64,000 nucleotides of DNA from the IMG/VR virus record IMGVR_UViG_3300033067_002287, positions 971-64,970 of that record; one strand, 5' to 3'. The notes beneath the pieces are model-generated. The model did not search any database. It was not told where the DNA came from and saw only the letters and a program-made list of their open reading frames with translations. Within the stretch, counting starts at the first letter, position 1. Every line of letters begins with the position of its first letter. This stretch comes from a virus (Duplodnaviria; Caudoviricetes). Positions 30,404 through 37,580 of this stretch are shown piece by piece. A program made the translations under genes and the position numbers.

Positions 30404-30478
30404 AGAGTAGTTGGCTAATTGGTTCAAGCCACTTGCTTTGGGAGCAAGAAGATGTCAGTTCGAGTCTGATCTACTCTA
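30404..30478 (+). tRNA. tRNA-Pro(TGG)
   Basis: AGAGTAG/CTACTCT; CTTGC-TTTGGGA-GCAAG. Confidence 0.88.
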
Positions 30479-30483
30479 CACAT

Positions 30484-30602
30484 GGGGAAGAATGCAAAAC
30501 AAACGCTATTTGAAACATTCTTCACGAAAGTGATAGTTAACTAAATAGTTACATCGCAATTAAACAGTAAATTTAACGTATGCCGAAAGGCCTTCCCCAC
30601 CA
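30484..30602 (+). ncRNA. tRNA-shaped Y-like RNA B (GTA loop)
   Basis: GGGGAAG/CTTCCCC-ACCA; ATTCTTCAC-GAAA-GTGATAGT...TACATCG; TTAAA-CAGTAAA-TTTAA; GCC-GAAA-GGC in place of the T arm. Confidence 0.75.
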
Positions 30603-30603
30603 T

Positions 30604-30676
30604 GGGCTGTTGGTATAGTTGGCTAACACATGACTCTTGCACAGTCAAGTCACCGGTTCGAAGCCGGTACGGTCCA
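30604..30676 (+). tRNA. tRNA-Ala(TGC)
   Basis: G3:U70; TGACT-CTTGCAC-AGTCA. Confidence 0.9.
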
Positions 30677-30681
30677 CATAA

Positions 30682-30751
30682 GGGTAGTAAGTGAGAGTTG
30701 CTCCGCGGCCTCTCCCGATGGTTATCATCAGTTCGAATCTGATACTATCCA
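30682..30751 (+). ncRNA. D-arm-less tRNA-like RNA with G3:U70
   Basis: GGGTAGT/ACTATCC-A; canonical T arm ATCAG-TTCGAAT-CTGAT; single central hairpin GAGAG...CTCTC. Confidence 0.6.
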
Positions 30752-30820
30752 CTAAAAACACAAATAAAAATGAAAACAAATCCAAATGCTAAGTTTAGGT
30801 AAAACTAAAAACTTAGCAAA

Positions 30821-30970
30821 ATGTCTAAAAACAAAGCAGGTGGCTGTCGTAAATCAGGCCGCTCTGAACGTAAAAAAAAGAACAAAGGTAATCCAATTTC
30901 TCTTTATGTAAGAGGTAAAATTACCGCAGAAAATTATTTTAAATTAACAAATCAGACCATTAAGGTCTGA
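30821..30970 (+). CDS. 49-aa basic protein (not in ORF track)
   Basis: MSKNKAGGCRKSGRSERKKKNKGNPISLYVRGKITAENYFKLTNQTIKV. Confidence 0.6.
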   Translation: MSKNKAGGCRKSGRSERKKKNKGNPISLYVRGKITAENYFKLTNQTIKV

Positions 30971-30978
30971 TTTTAAAA

Positions 30979-31054
30979 AGTTCCTTCGCTTAGTTGGTTA
31001 TAAAGCGTTTGCCTTACAAGCAAAAGATCATCAGTTCGAATCTGATAGGAACTA
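30979..31054 (+). tRNA. tRNA-Val(TAC)
   Basis: AGTTCCT/AGGAACT; TTTGC-CTTACAA-GCAAA. Confidence 0.9.
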
Positions 31055-31063
31055 CACAAACAA

Positions 31064-31138
31064 GCATGAATCGCCTAGTTGGTAATGGCATCTCACTTCC
31101 AATGAGAAATAACGTCAGTTCGAGTCTGTCTTCGTGCT
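31064..31138 (+). tRNA. tRNA-Gly(TCC)
   Basis: GCATGAA/TTCGTGC, U73; TCTCA-CTTCCAA-TGAGA. Confidence 0.9.
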
Positions 31139-31139
31139 C

Positions 31140-31619
31140 ATGTCTATAATGAACGATAAAGAAAAATTAAGTAAAATTATAGCTAAAAGTATCAATTACA
31201 AAAGTACTCTTGAAAATTTAGAAATGTTAAGTAATGGAAAAAATTATAAAACATTACATAAATATATAGAAAAGTTTAAAATTGATATTTCACATTTTGA
31301 ATCAAAATCTGAACTTTTAAAAAGGATAAAATGTACTAATATAAAATATGAATTAAAAGATATTTTAGTAAAAAATTTTCAAGGTTCAATAAACGGTAAT
31401 AAATTAAAAGCTAAATTATATAAAGCTGGTCTAAAAAAAGAAGAATGTGAAATATGTAGTCAAGGACCAATTTGGTTAGGTAAAAAAATGTCTCTAATTT
31501 TGGACCATATTAATGGAGATAATAAAAACAATGAAATAACTAATTTACGTATATTATGTCCAAATTGTAATGCTACTACTTCTACTTTTTGTAGAAGAAA
31601 AAATAAAAATATATGTTAA
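31140..31619 (+). CDS. HNH homing endonuclease (family B)
   Basis: CEIC...LILDHINGD...NLRILCPNC. Confidence 0.88.
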   Translation: MSIMNDKEKLSKIIAKSINYKSTLENLEMLSNGKNYKTLHKYIEKFKIDISHFESKSELLKRIKCTNIKYELKDILVKNFQGSINGNKLKAKLYKAGLKKEECEICSQGPIWLGKKMSLILDHINGDNKNNEITNLRILCPNCNATTSTFCRRKNKNIC

Positions 31620-31843
31620 TAGATTGCACTGATTGTGATGGTACCGGAACAGTACATTACTCATGTTGTGGTGATGACGTAAAAGGTACAATATATGAAG
31701 ATTATGATTTGTGTCCAACATGTAAGGAGCATTTAGGTGGACCTGAACCATGTGAAAATTGTAACGGAACTGGTAAAATTGAAATTGAAATAAGTATATG
31801 GAAACGAATAAAAGAGATCTTACTGAAAAAAAGAAAGATTTAA
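31613..31843 (+). CDS. DnaJ-like zinc-finger protein
   Basis: CTDCDGTG...CENCNGTG. Confidence 0.65.
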   Translation: MLIDCTDCDGTGTVHYSCCGDDVKGTIYEDYDLCPTCKEHLGGPEPCENCNGTGKIEIEISIWKRIKEILLKKRKI

Positions 31844-32037
31844 CTGAAATAAAGAAAAATCTTTATAAGGAAAAACCAAAAGCAACATTTGAATTTATCA
31901 GAAAAGGAGATGCGTATTATACGACATGCACTGGAGGTGAAACAGTAGTATTTAAAATCCCAGTAACAGATATGGGTGATGCTGACTTTTGTGCAGAAAT
32001 GGATGCAAAATTATTAGCAAGATGGATATTAGAATAA
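31798..32037 (+). CDS. Hypothetical protein
   Basis: FKIPVTDMGDA...AKLLARWI. Confidence 0.6.
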   Translation: METNKRDLTEKKKDLTEIKKNLYKEKPKATFEFIRKGDAYYTTCTGGETVVFKIPVTDMGDADFCAEMDAKLLARWILE

Positions 32038-32109
32038 GCGGTAGTAGCTCAAAGGCAGAGCGCCACATTGCCAATGTGGAGGTTGAGATTTCAAAACTCT
32101 TTTACCGCT
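32038..32109 (+). tRNA. tRNA-Gly(GCC)
   Basis: GCGGTAG/TTACCGC; CCACA-TTGCCAA-TGTGG; weak T arm. Confidence 0.82.
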
Positions 32110-32111
32110 CA

Positions 32112-32516
32112 ATGGAAAAATTGAGAAATATTAGACATTGTAGTTGTTACACTAATATTAGTAGTGGAGAGTCTTCATTTGAAGAAATTCAAGCCGATTT
32201 TGCTAGGGTAAAAAAAGAAATGCTAGATAAGTTTAAAGATGACATGGTAAAATGTGGATATGAAATAACAGATATTAAATTAAATATAGAATCTGATTAT
32301 GATGGTTATACAAGTATTCAATTCTATATTTATAGAACAGAAACAGATCTTGAATATCAAAAGCGTTTAAATAAAACTAAAAGATTAAAAGAATCACAAG
32401 AAAAAGCAGCTGAAACTAGACTTAAAAATAAATTAGCGAAAGAAAAATTTCTAAAAGAAAATGATAAAGAGTATCAAAAGTACTTGGAATTATCTAAAAA
32501 GTTCAAAAATATTTAA
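32112..32516 (+). CDS. Hypothetical protein
   Basis: True start likely ATG 32112, after the tRNA. Confidence 0.6.
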   Translation: MEKLRNIRHCSCYTNISSGESSFEEIQADFARVKKEMLDKFKDDMVKCGYEITDIKLNIESDYDGYTSIQFYIYRTETDLEYQKRLNKTKRLKESQEKAAETRLKNKLAKEKFLKENDKEYQKYLELSKKFKNI

Positions 32517-32598
32517 TTATATAATATTTAAACTATTATTAATAGTATTTGAATTTTACTTAATATATAAAATATGTTCACGTTCACCAAAAAGAACA

Positions 32599-32856
32599 AT
32601 GAGGATATCAAATAGCTCTATACAAAGTTTAATATGTATGTTAGAAAGTGATGATTCCGATATTCTTGAACTAGCAATAGAATTACTTAAAGTAACGAAA
32701 ATTTCTATCATGCAATATATAAAATATTTTTCACTATTAAAAAATTCTGAAATTTACTTTGATAAAGATGAAAAAAAATATCTTCCTAAATTAAAGGATG
32801 ATAAAGAATTCATGAGAGAAATAATAGATTTTGCCATGGATAATAATGCCACTTAG
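32599..32856 (+). CDS. Small protein with ML.S.D...LA motif
   Basis: LICMLESDDSDILELAIELL; motif shared with ORFs at 46-52 kb. Confidence 0.55.
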   Translation: MRISNSSIQSLICMLESDDSDILELAIELLKVTKISIMQYIKYFSLLKNSEIYFDKDEKKYLPKLKDDKEFMREIIDFAMDNNAT

Positions 32857-32918
32857 TGTAACGGTTAGCACGAGAGTTTTTGGAGCTCTTTGTATAGGTT
32901 CGAATCCTATAGTGGCAA
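32847..32918 (+). tRNA. tRNA-Gln(TTG)
   Basis: TGCCACT/AGTGGCA; AGAGT-TTTTGGA-GCTCT. Confidence 0.88.
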
Positions 32919-32935
32919 CATAAAAATAAAAAAAT

Positions 32936-33139
32936 ATGGGTGGATTACTTGATTTATTTGATCAATTATATACAGAAGTACTTGAGTGTACTGTAAAGGA
33001 TTTAGATAATTTTACAGATAAAGCTACAGATGAACAAATCAATGCTTTAAACGAAAATATCTTTAAAGAAAATAAAGAAGAAGCTAAAAAAATCTTAAAC
33101 GAAGTATTATATGGAACAGATGGTAAAAGTGGTATCTAA
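32936..33139 (+). CDS. Hypothetical protein
   Basis: ORF after a tRNA. Confidence 0.5.
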   Translation: MGGLLDLFDQLYTEVLECTVKDLDNFTDKATDEQINALNENIFKENKEEAKKILNEVLYGTDGKSGI

Positions 33140-33345
33140 AAACGGTATCGTAATTTGGGGTAAAGTAATTAATAACTTTGGTAAGTTAGGTCAGTATGAA
33201 GTACATTCTCCCCAACATAAGCAAAGAGGTGTTTTTTCATCTATCTTTGACGCTGAAAAAGAATTAGATCACCTAATTGGTGTAAAAAATTCTAAACAAT
33301 AAGTTTCGAACTCTATAAACTCTTCATATTTATGTTAAACATAGT

Positions 33346-33765
33346 ATGGAGAAGAGATGTCCTAAATGTAATAAGAAAAAAGAATTCAAATTTTTTTATA
33401 AAAATATAAAAAATAAAAAAAACGGATTAAGCTCTTATTGTAAAGAATGCCAAAAACAAAATAAAAAGATTCATTATCAAAATAATAAAGAACAATATAT
33501 TAAAAATGTTTTTAAAAATTCTTTATGGCTTTTAGAAATTAAAAGTAATCTTAAATGTGAAAAATGTGGATTTAGTCATCCTGCAGCTTTAGACTTTCAC
33601 CATAAAGATCCTAATATTAAGGAATTTAATATAGGGGGAAGAGCAACAATAAAAAATAAAGAAAAAACTTTAAAAGAAATTGAAAAATGTATTGTTTTAT
33701 GTGCAAATTGTCATAGAATTGAACATTCAAAATATTATAATAGTAGGTTGGCAGAGTCAGGTTGA
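33346..33765 (+). CDS. HNH homing endonuclease (family A)
   Basis: HPAALDFHH...EIEKCIVLCANCHR. Confidence 0.88.
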   Translation: MEKRCPKCNKKKEFKFFYKNIKNKKNGLSSYCKECQKQNKKIHYQNNKEQYIKNVFKNSLWLLEIKSNLKCEKCGFSHPAALDFHHKDPNIKEFNIGGRATIKNKEKTLKEIEKCIVLCANCHRIEHSKYYNSRLAESG

Positions 33766-33830
33766 TTGCGTTAGTCTTGAAAACTAAATATCGCGTGAGT
33801 GATACGTGAGTTCGAATCTCACACCTACTT
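33742..33830 (+). tRNA. tRNA-Ser(TGA)
   Basis: AGTAGGT/ACCTACT; TTAGT-CTTGAAA-ACTAA; long variable arm. Confidence 0.88.
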
Positions 33831-33839
33831 CCGCATTAT

Positions 33840-33914
33840 GGTGATTATAGTGTAGCGGTTTTAACACGAAAGTTTGTGGAGCTTTTATCACCGGTTCGAA
33901 TCCGGTTAGTCACC
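33840..33914 (+). tRNA. tRNA-His(GTG)
   Basis: G-1:C73; AAAGT-TTGTGGA-GCTTT. Confidence 0.9.
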
Positions 33915-33915
33915 C

Positions 33916-34143
33916 AAAAAACAAGTAAGAGTCTGACCCAATGTAGCCTTTAATGAAGCGCGACTATAGATAAAGGTGAAGGCTGAAACGTAAGTTAAGC
34001 TAGAGGTAGTTATACAAGAGCATTAGTTCTTATAAGAGAACATTAAGTTCCTAACCGGTATAACATAATGTAAATAATGTTGGGAATGGATTTTTTAATT
34101 CTGAAAGTACCGTAAAAAGATATACATTGCTTACTTGTTTTTT
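33916..34143 (+). ncRNA. Unidentified ~228-nt structured RNA between tRNAs
   Basis: 14-bp terminal helix AAAAAACAAGTAAG/CTTACTTGTTTTTT; CAATGTA/TACATTG; GTTATAC/GTATAAC. Confidence 0.6.
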
Positions 34144-34147
34144 ATTT

Positions 34148-34238
34148 AGTGAGTTACTCTAGTGGTCGATGAGGATTGTTTGCTAAACAATTAGATCGTT
34201 GTAAAGACGGTGCGTGAGTTCGAATCTCACACTCACTG
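34148..34238 (+). tRNA. tRNA-Ser(GCT)
   Basis: AGTGAGT/ACTCACT, G73; ATTGT-TTGCTAA-ACAAT; long variable arm. Confidence 0.88.
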
Positions 34239-34327
34239 CAATTTTAGGTGTCGGTATGTAGATTTCTAATTACTAATTAGATTTAAAGTAACACGGATCT
34301 GTCAGAATAGGATCAGACCTAAAACAT

Positions 34328-34408
34328 AGACATGTACGCAGCCCATTCTGATAAAATGGAGAACTTGTAGCGGTGTTGAAAACGTGAGTTCGAATCTCAC
34401 CATGTCTA
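34328..34408 (+). tRNA. Atypical tRNA-Ile(GAT) lacking a D arm
   Basis: AGACATG/CATGTCT; CCATT-CTGATAA-AATGG; canonical T arm; 8-nt linker instead of a D arm and a 24-nt variable region. Confidence 0.65.
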
Positions 34409-34553
34409 CTTTAAAAAATTTGGTTTGTCCCTATTTTTTTCATATATTTATAACAAATAAAATGCAAACAAAAATTACCATAAATACAATGAATTATTTA
34501 CTTGAAGATAGAAATATCTTATGGTAGGAGTATTTTATATAAAATAATTATAA

Positions 34554-34575
34554 GAGCTCCTTGTGGAGCTTTTTT
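34554..34575 (+). terminator. Terminator-like hairpin directly before tRNA-Asn
   Basis: GAGCTCC-TTGT-GGAGCT-TTTTT. Confidence 0.65.
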
Positions 34576-34579
34576 ATTC

Positions 34580-34651
34580 GCTGTTGTAGCTCAGAGGCAG
34601 AGCGGGAACCTGTTAAGTTCAAGGTCGAGATTTCGAAATTCTCCTTCAGCG
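34580..34651 (+). tRNA. tRNA-Asn(GTT)
   Basis: GGAAC-CTGTTAA-GTTCA; G73; two U:U mismatches in the acceptor stem. Confidence 0.8.
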
Positions 34652-34657
34652 CATTTT

Positions 34658-34739
34658 GGGGATACTACGTGGACGGTGACACGTACATGTCTGTAAAACA
34701 TGCGCTAATGCTAAGTGAGTTCGAATCTCTCTATCCCCA
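34658..34739 (+). tRNA. tRNA-Tyr(GTA)
   Basis: GGGGATA/TATCCCC; CATGT-CTGTAAA-ACATG. Confidence 0.85.
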
Positions 34740-34805
34740 CATAGTTAAGTTTCTTTTTTTTTTCAAAATTTCTTTTTTATCTTTATTACATAAATTTTTA
34801 AACTT

Positions 34806-35003
34806 ATGATAACAAGTAAAAAAGTAAATCTAAACCTAGAAAAACTGAATGGAAATGTTTATGTACTAATGGGTACATTTAAAGCTCAAGCAGAAAAAGA
34901 AGGATGGGAAAAGGAAGAAATTGATAATGTATTAAGAGAATGTATGGCATCTGACCATACACACCTAATGGAAACATTGCAAAGTGTTTGTAAAGCAAAC
35001 TAA
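34806..35003 (+). CDS. Hypothetical protein
   Basis: NGNVYVLMG...GW...L..CM.SD pattern. Confidence 0.6.
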   Translation: MITSKKVNLNLEKLNGNVYVLMGTFKAQAEKEGWEKEEIDNVLRECMASDHTHLMETLQSVCKAN

Positions 35004-35016
35004 AACTAAAACAAAA

Positions 35017-35082
35017 GGGTAGTAATAAAAGTGTTACATCGCAATCTGAAAACGCAAACCACACACTCTTAAGTATTCTCCC
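35017..35082 (+). ncRNA. Minimal Y-like RNA D
   Basis: GGGTAGTAAT-AAAAGTGT-TACATCG...ACACTCTT-AAGTATTCTCCC. Confidence 0.7.
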
Positions 35083-35087
35083 AATAA

Positions 35088-35161
35088 GCTCGGTTCGTCT
35101 AATGGTCACAGGACATTAACCTTTCCAGTTAAGTATACGGGTTCGACCCCCGTACCGAGTA
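35088..35161 (+). tRNA. tRNA-Glu(TTC)
   Basis: GCTCGGT/ACCGAGT; TTAAC-CTTTCCA-GTTAA. Confidence 0.85.
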
Positions 35162-35221
35162 CATGATGATGAATGGATTACTAATACTAATAGTAGTACT
35201 TTTAGTATTAAATTTAAAAAA

Positions 35222-35286
35222 AAGGTAGTAATGAAAGTGTTACATCGCAATTGGAGCAAAAATACACACTTTCAAGAATTCTCCTT
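35222..35286 (+). ncRNA. Minimal Y-like RNA E
   Basis: AAGGTAGTAAT-GAAAGTGT-TACATCG...ACACTTTC-AAGAATTCTCCTT. Confidence 0.7.
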
Positions 35287-35441
35287 AAATTCATTTAAAT
35301 GAGAAAACGTATTAAAGGAACAACTTGGCGAAAATATGATAAATCATTAAGATCGAAATGTGTTGAAAGGATATATTCGTCAAAATCATTTAATATTGAT
35401 TTAAATCGTTATTATTTAAAATTAATATATTTTAGTGCAAA

Positions 35442-36023
35442 ATGGAGAAACTTAAAGAAATAGATATTCATGAATTTGGAACACAAATCCAAATTGCAGG
35501 TATGTTAATGCAAAATAATGATATTACTTATGCAATAATGTTACCTAAGTCAGATGAAAATCTTGACATAGAAAAAATAAAAGTAACTCATGATGAGTGG
35601 AAAGGGTTTTTACATCAAATTGATACTTTAGAAGTAAAATTATTTCCCCACCAACCAGGAGCTAAAGTAGTAGTAAGAAAAACTCAACGCAATATTGAAC
35701 AACAAGTTTCTTGGAATGTTTATAGAAGAGATAATTTTAGATGTAGATATTGTGGAGATGATAAAGTTGCCATGACTGTTGACCATATCGTTTTATGGGA
35801 AAATATGGGAGCGTCTGTTGAAGATAATTTATTATGTGCTTGTTCAAAATGTAACAGAACAAGAGGTAATATGTTATATGAAGATTGGCTTAAAAGTGAT
35901 TACTATAAGAAAGTAATTAATTTTGGACATTGGGAAGGGCCGTCTGATAGACATCAACAAAATGTTGATGCTGGGTTAAGAGCATTGAAAGTTCCTTTAC
36001 GTATTTCTAAACGAAATAGATAG
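35442..36023 (+). CDS. HNH endonuclease domain protein
   Basis: RDNFRCRYCG...TVDHI...NLLCACSKCN. Confidence 0.85.
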   Translation: MEKLKEIDIHEFGTQIQIAGMLMQNNDITYAIMLPKSDENLDIEKIKVTHDEWKGFLHQIDTLEVKLFPHQPGAKVVVRKTQRNIEQQVSWNVYRRDNFRCRYCGDDKVAMTVDHIVLWENMGASVEDNLLCACSKCNRTRGNMLYEDWLKSDYYKKVINFGHWEGPSDRHQQNVDAGLRALKVPLRISKRNR

Positions 36024-36353
36024 AATGAGAAAAACAGCGACATGTAAAGGTATTAGAAAGTATTATGAAGCTGGTGTACATATATTTTGTGTAGTTGAAA
36101 TAATAGAAAAATATCATGTACTAAATAAAAATTATTATGACTATAAATTCAGATTTAGAATTAAAATAACAAATTTAAGGAGAAGAATAGAACTAAAAAG
36201 ATTAAATGCTAAAAAGAAGAAATCGATTTAAAGCTTATCTTGTTAGAAAAAGAGTTAAAGCAATAGGAGATATTGCATATGTATTTAATAATACAGGTCA
36301 TATATCAAATAGATCGATTTCAATTAAAACAATTAATATTTTATTAAACATAA

Positions 36354-36479
36354 GGCGGAGAAGCAAAAACAAAAACACTGTTAAGCATTCTCTAGTTAAA
36401 TAGTAGTTATAAATAGTGATACATCGCAATTAAACTCATATTTTAATGACTGTTAGTGAAAATCTAACCTCCGCCACCA
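36354..36479 (+). ncRNA. tRNA-shaped Y-like RNA C
   Basis: GGCGGAG/CTCCGCC-ACCA; ATTCTCTA-GTTAAA-TAGTAGT...TACATCG; T-like arm GTTAG-TGAAAAT-CTAAC. Confidence 0.75.
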
Positions 36480-36480
36480 T

Positions 36481-36552
36481 GGTCGATTAGTTAAAGGGCT
36501 ATAACGACGGCTTGTCACGCCGTTATTACGGGTTCGAGTCCCGTATTGACCG
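36481..36552 (+). tRNA. tRNA-Asp(GTC)
   Basis: GGTCGAT/ATTGACC, G73; ACGGC-TTGTCAC-GCCGT. Confidence 0.9.
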
Positions 36553-36555
36553 CAT

Positions 36556-36636
36556 TAGGTAGTAATAAGAGTGTTACATCGTCATTTTAATGCAAATAAA
36601 ACAAGAAGAAAAAACACACTCTCAAGTATTCTCCTA
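36556..36636 (+). ncRNA. Minimal Y-like RNA F
   Basis: TAGGTAGTAAT-AAGAGTGT-TACATCG...ACACTCTC-AAGTATTCTCCTA. Confidence 0.7.
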
Positions 36637-36828
36637 AAATATTTTAAAATGCTAGACAGAAGAAAATATTTATCCAGAAATAATAGAGTAAGAAGAAATC
36701 ACTCAGTAACAATGGGTTATTTTGAAAAAAGACAAAGACTACTTCTAGTTAGGATTTATAGTGAGGTTGATTCTAGAGAATGGATTTCATTCTGGAAAAT
36801 AGAATATTTCTTAAAAAGAATAAAAAAC

Positions 36829-36901
36829 ACTGGTGTAGCTCAAAGGTTAGAGCAACGGTCTTATAAGCCGTAGGTTGAGATCTCAGAATTCTTCACCAGT
36901 A
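36829..36901 (+). tRNA. tRNA-Ile(TAT)
   Basis: ACTGGTG/CACCAGT; ACGGT-CTTATAA-GCCGT; degenerate T loop. Confidence 0.75.
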
Positions 36902-36907
36902 CAAAAA

Positions 36908-37037
36908 GGTAATAGTAATTAAACAGTTACATCGCACTTGTAATGCAAAGGTTAACAGTTCGAATCTGTTTTTAATCGCAAGATTGAATAGCTCAATGGT
37001 AGAGCGTTAAAATAACCTGTTTAGAGTATTCTTTACC
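36908..37037 (+). ncRNA. YrlA-like Y RNA G (circularly permuted tRNA domain)
   Basis: Terminal stem GGTAATAGTAAT/ATTCTTTACC. Inside, in order: GCA-CTTGTAA-TGC, T arm AACAG-TTCGAAT-CTGTT, acceptor TTTAATC-GCAA-GATTGAA closed by a tetraloop, D arm GCTC-AATGGTA-GAGC. Confidence 0.82.
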
Positions 37038-37047
37038 GACATTATTT

Positions 37048-37491
37048 ATGAAATATACAAAAGTTTTTTTAGAAAAAATTGTTAAAGATACAAAATGTAT
37101 ATGGGATGTTATTGAAAAATTAAAAATAAAAAAACAAGAGGGAAATTATAGGTATATTAGAAATTTAATTCATAGATACGAAATTAATATTTCTCACTTT
37201 GAAAATCAAAGAAAAAATTCTAGAAAAACAAGAGAATTAAAAGATATTTTAGTAAAAAATTCATTTCTAACTATTAGTGGAAATAAATTAAAAGATAAAC
37301 TATATAAAGCTAATCTAAAAGAAAGAAAATGTGAAATATGTGGTCAAGATGAAAATTGGAATGGTAAAAAAATGTCTCTAATTTTGGACCATATTAATGG
37401 AGATAGAATGAATAATGAAATTGGTAATTTACGTATAGTTTGTCCTAATTGTAATGCAACTTTAGATACCCATTGTGGAAAAAATAAATAA
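37048..37491 (+). CDS. HNH homing endonuclease (family B)
   Basis: CEICG...LILDHINGD...NLRIVCPNC; close paralog of 31140. Confidence 0.88.
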   Translation: MKYTKVFLEKIVKDTKCIWDVIEKLKIKKQEGNYRYIRNLIHRYEINISHFENQRKNSRKTRELKDILVKNSFLTISGNKLKDKLYKANLKERKCEICGQDENWNGKKMSLILDHINGDRMNNEIGNLRIVCPNCNATLDTHCGKNK

Positions 37492-37495
37492 TTAT

Positions 37496-37578
37496 TGTGT
37501 AGGGGTGAAACGGATATATAAATCATGTGACTCTCATAAGGTCGAGATATTGGGTTCGACTCCCAATCTACGCAACCA
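37496..37578 (+). tRNA. tRNA-Met(CAT)
   Basis: TGACT-CTCATAA-GGTCG; T arm; CCA encoded. Confidence 0.8.
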
Positions 37579-37580
37579 AT

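Noticed and set aside
33916-34143. 6S or SRP RNA
   Set aside because: It is not a simple rod with a central bubble, and no SRP helix-8 motif is visible.
34502-34809. ORFs 34502-34696 and 34561-34809
   Set aside because: They run through a terminator, tRNA-Asn and tRNA-Tyr.
35017-36636. Repeats with variable inserts resembling a CRISPR array
   Set aside because: The copies are dispersed among tRNAs rather than regularly spaced, the two arms pair with each other, and no cas genes are seen.
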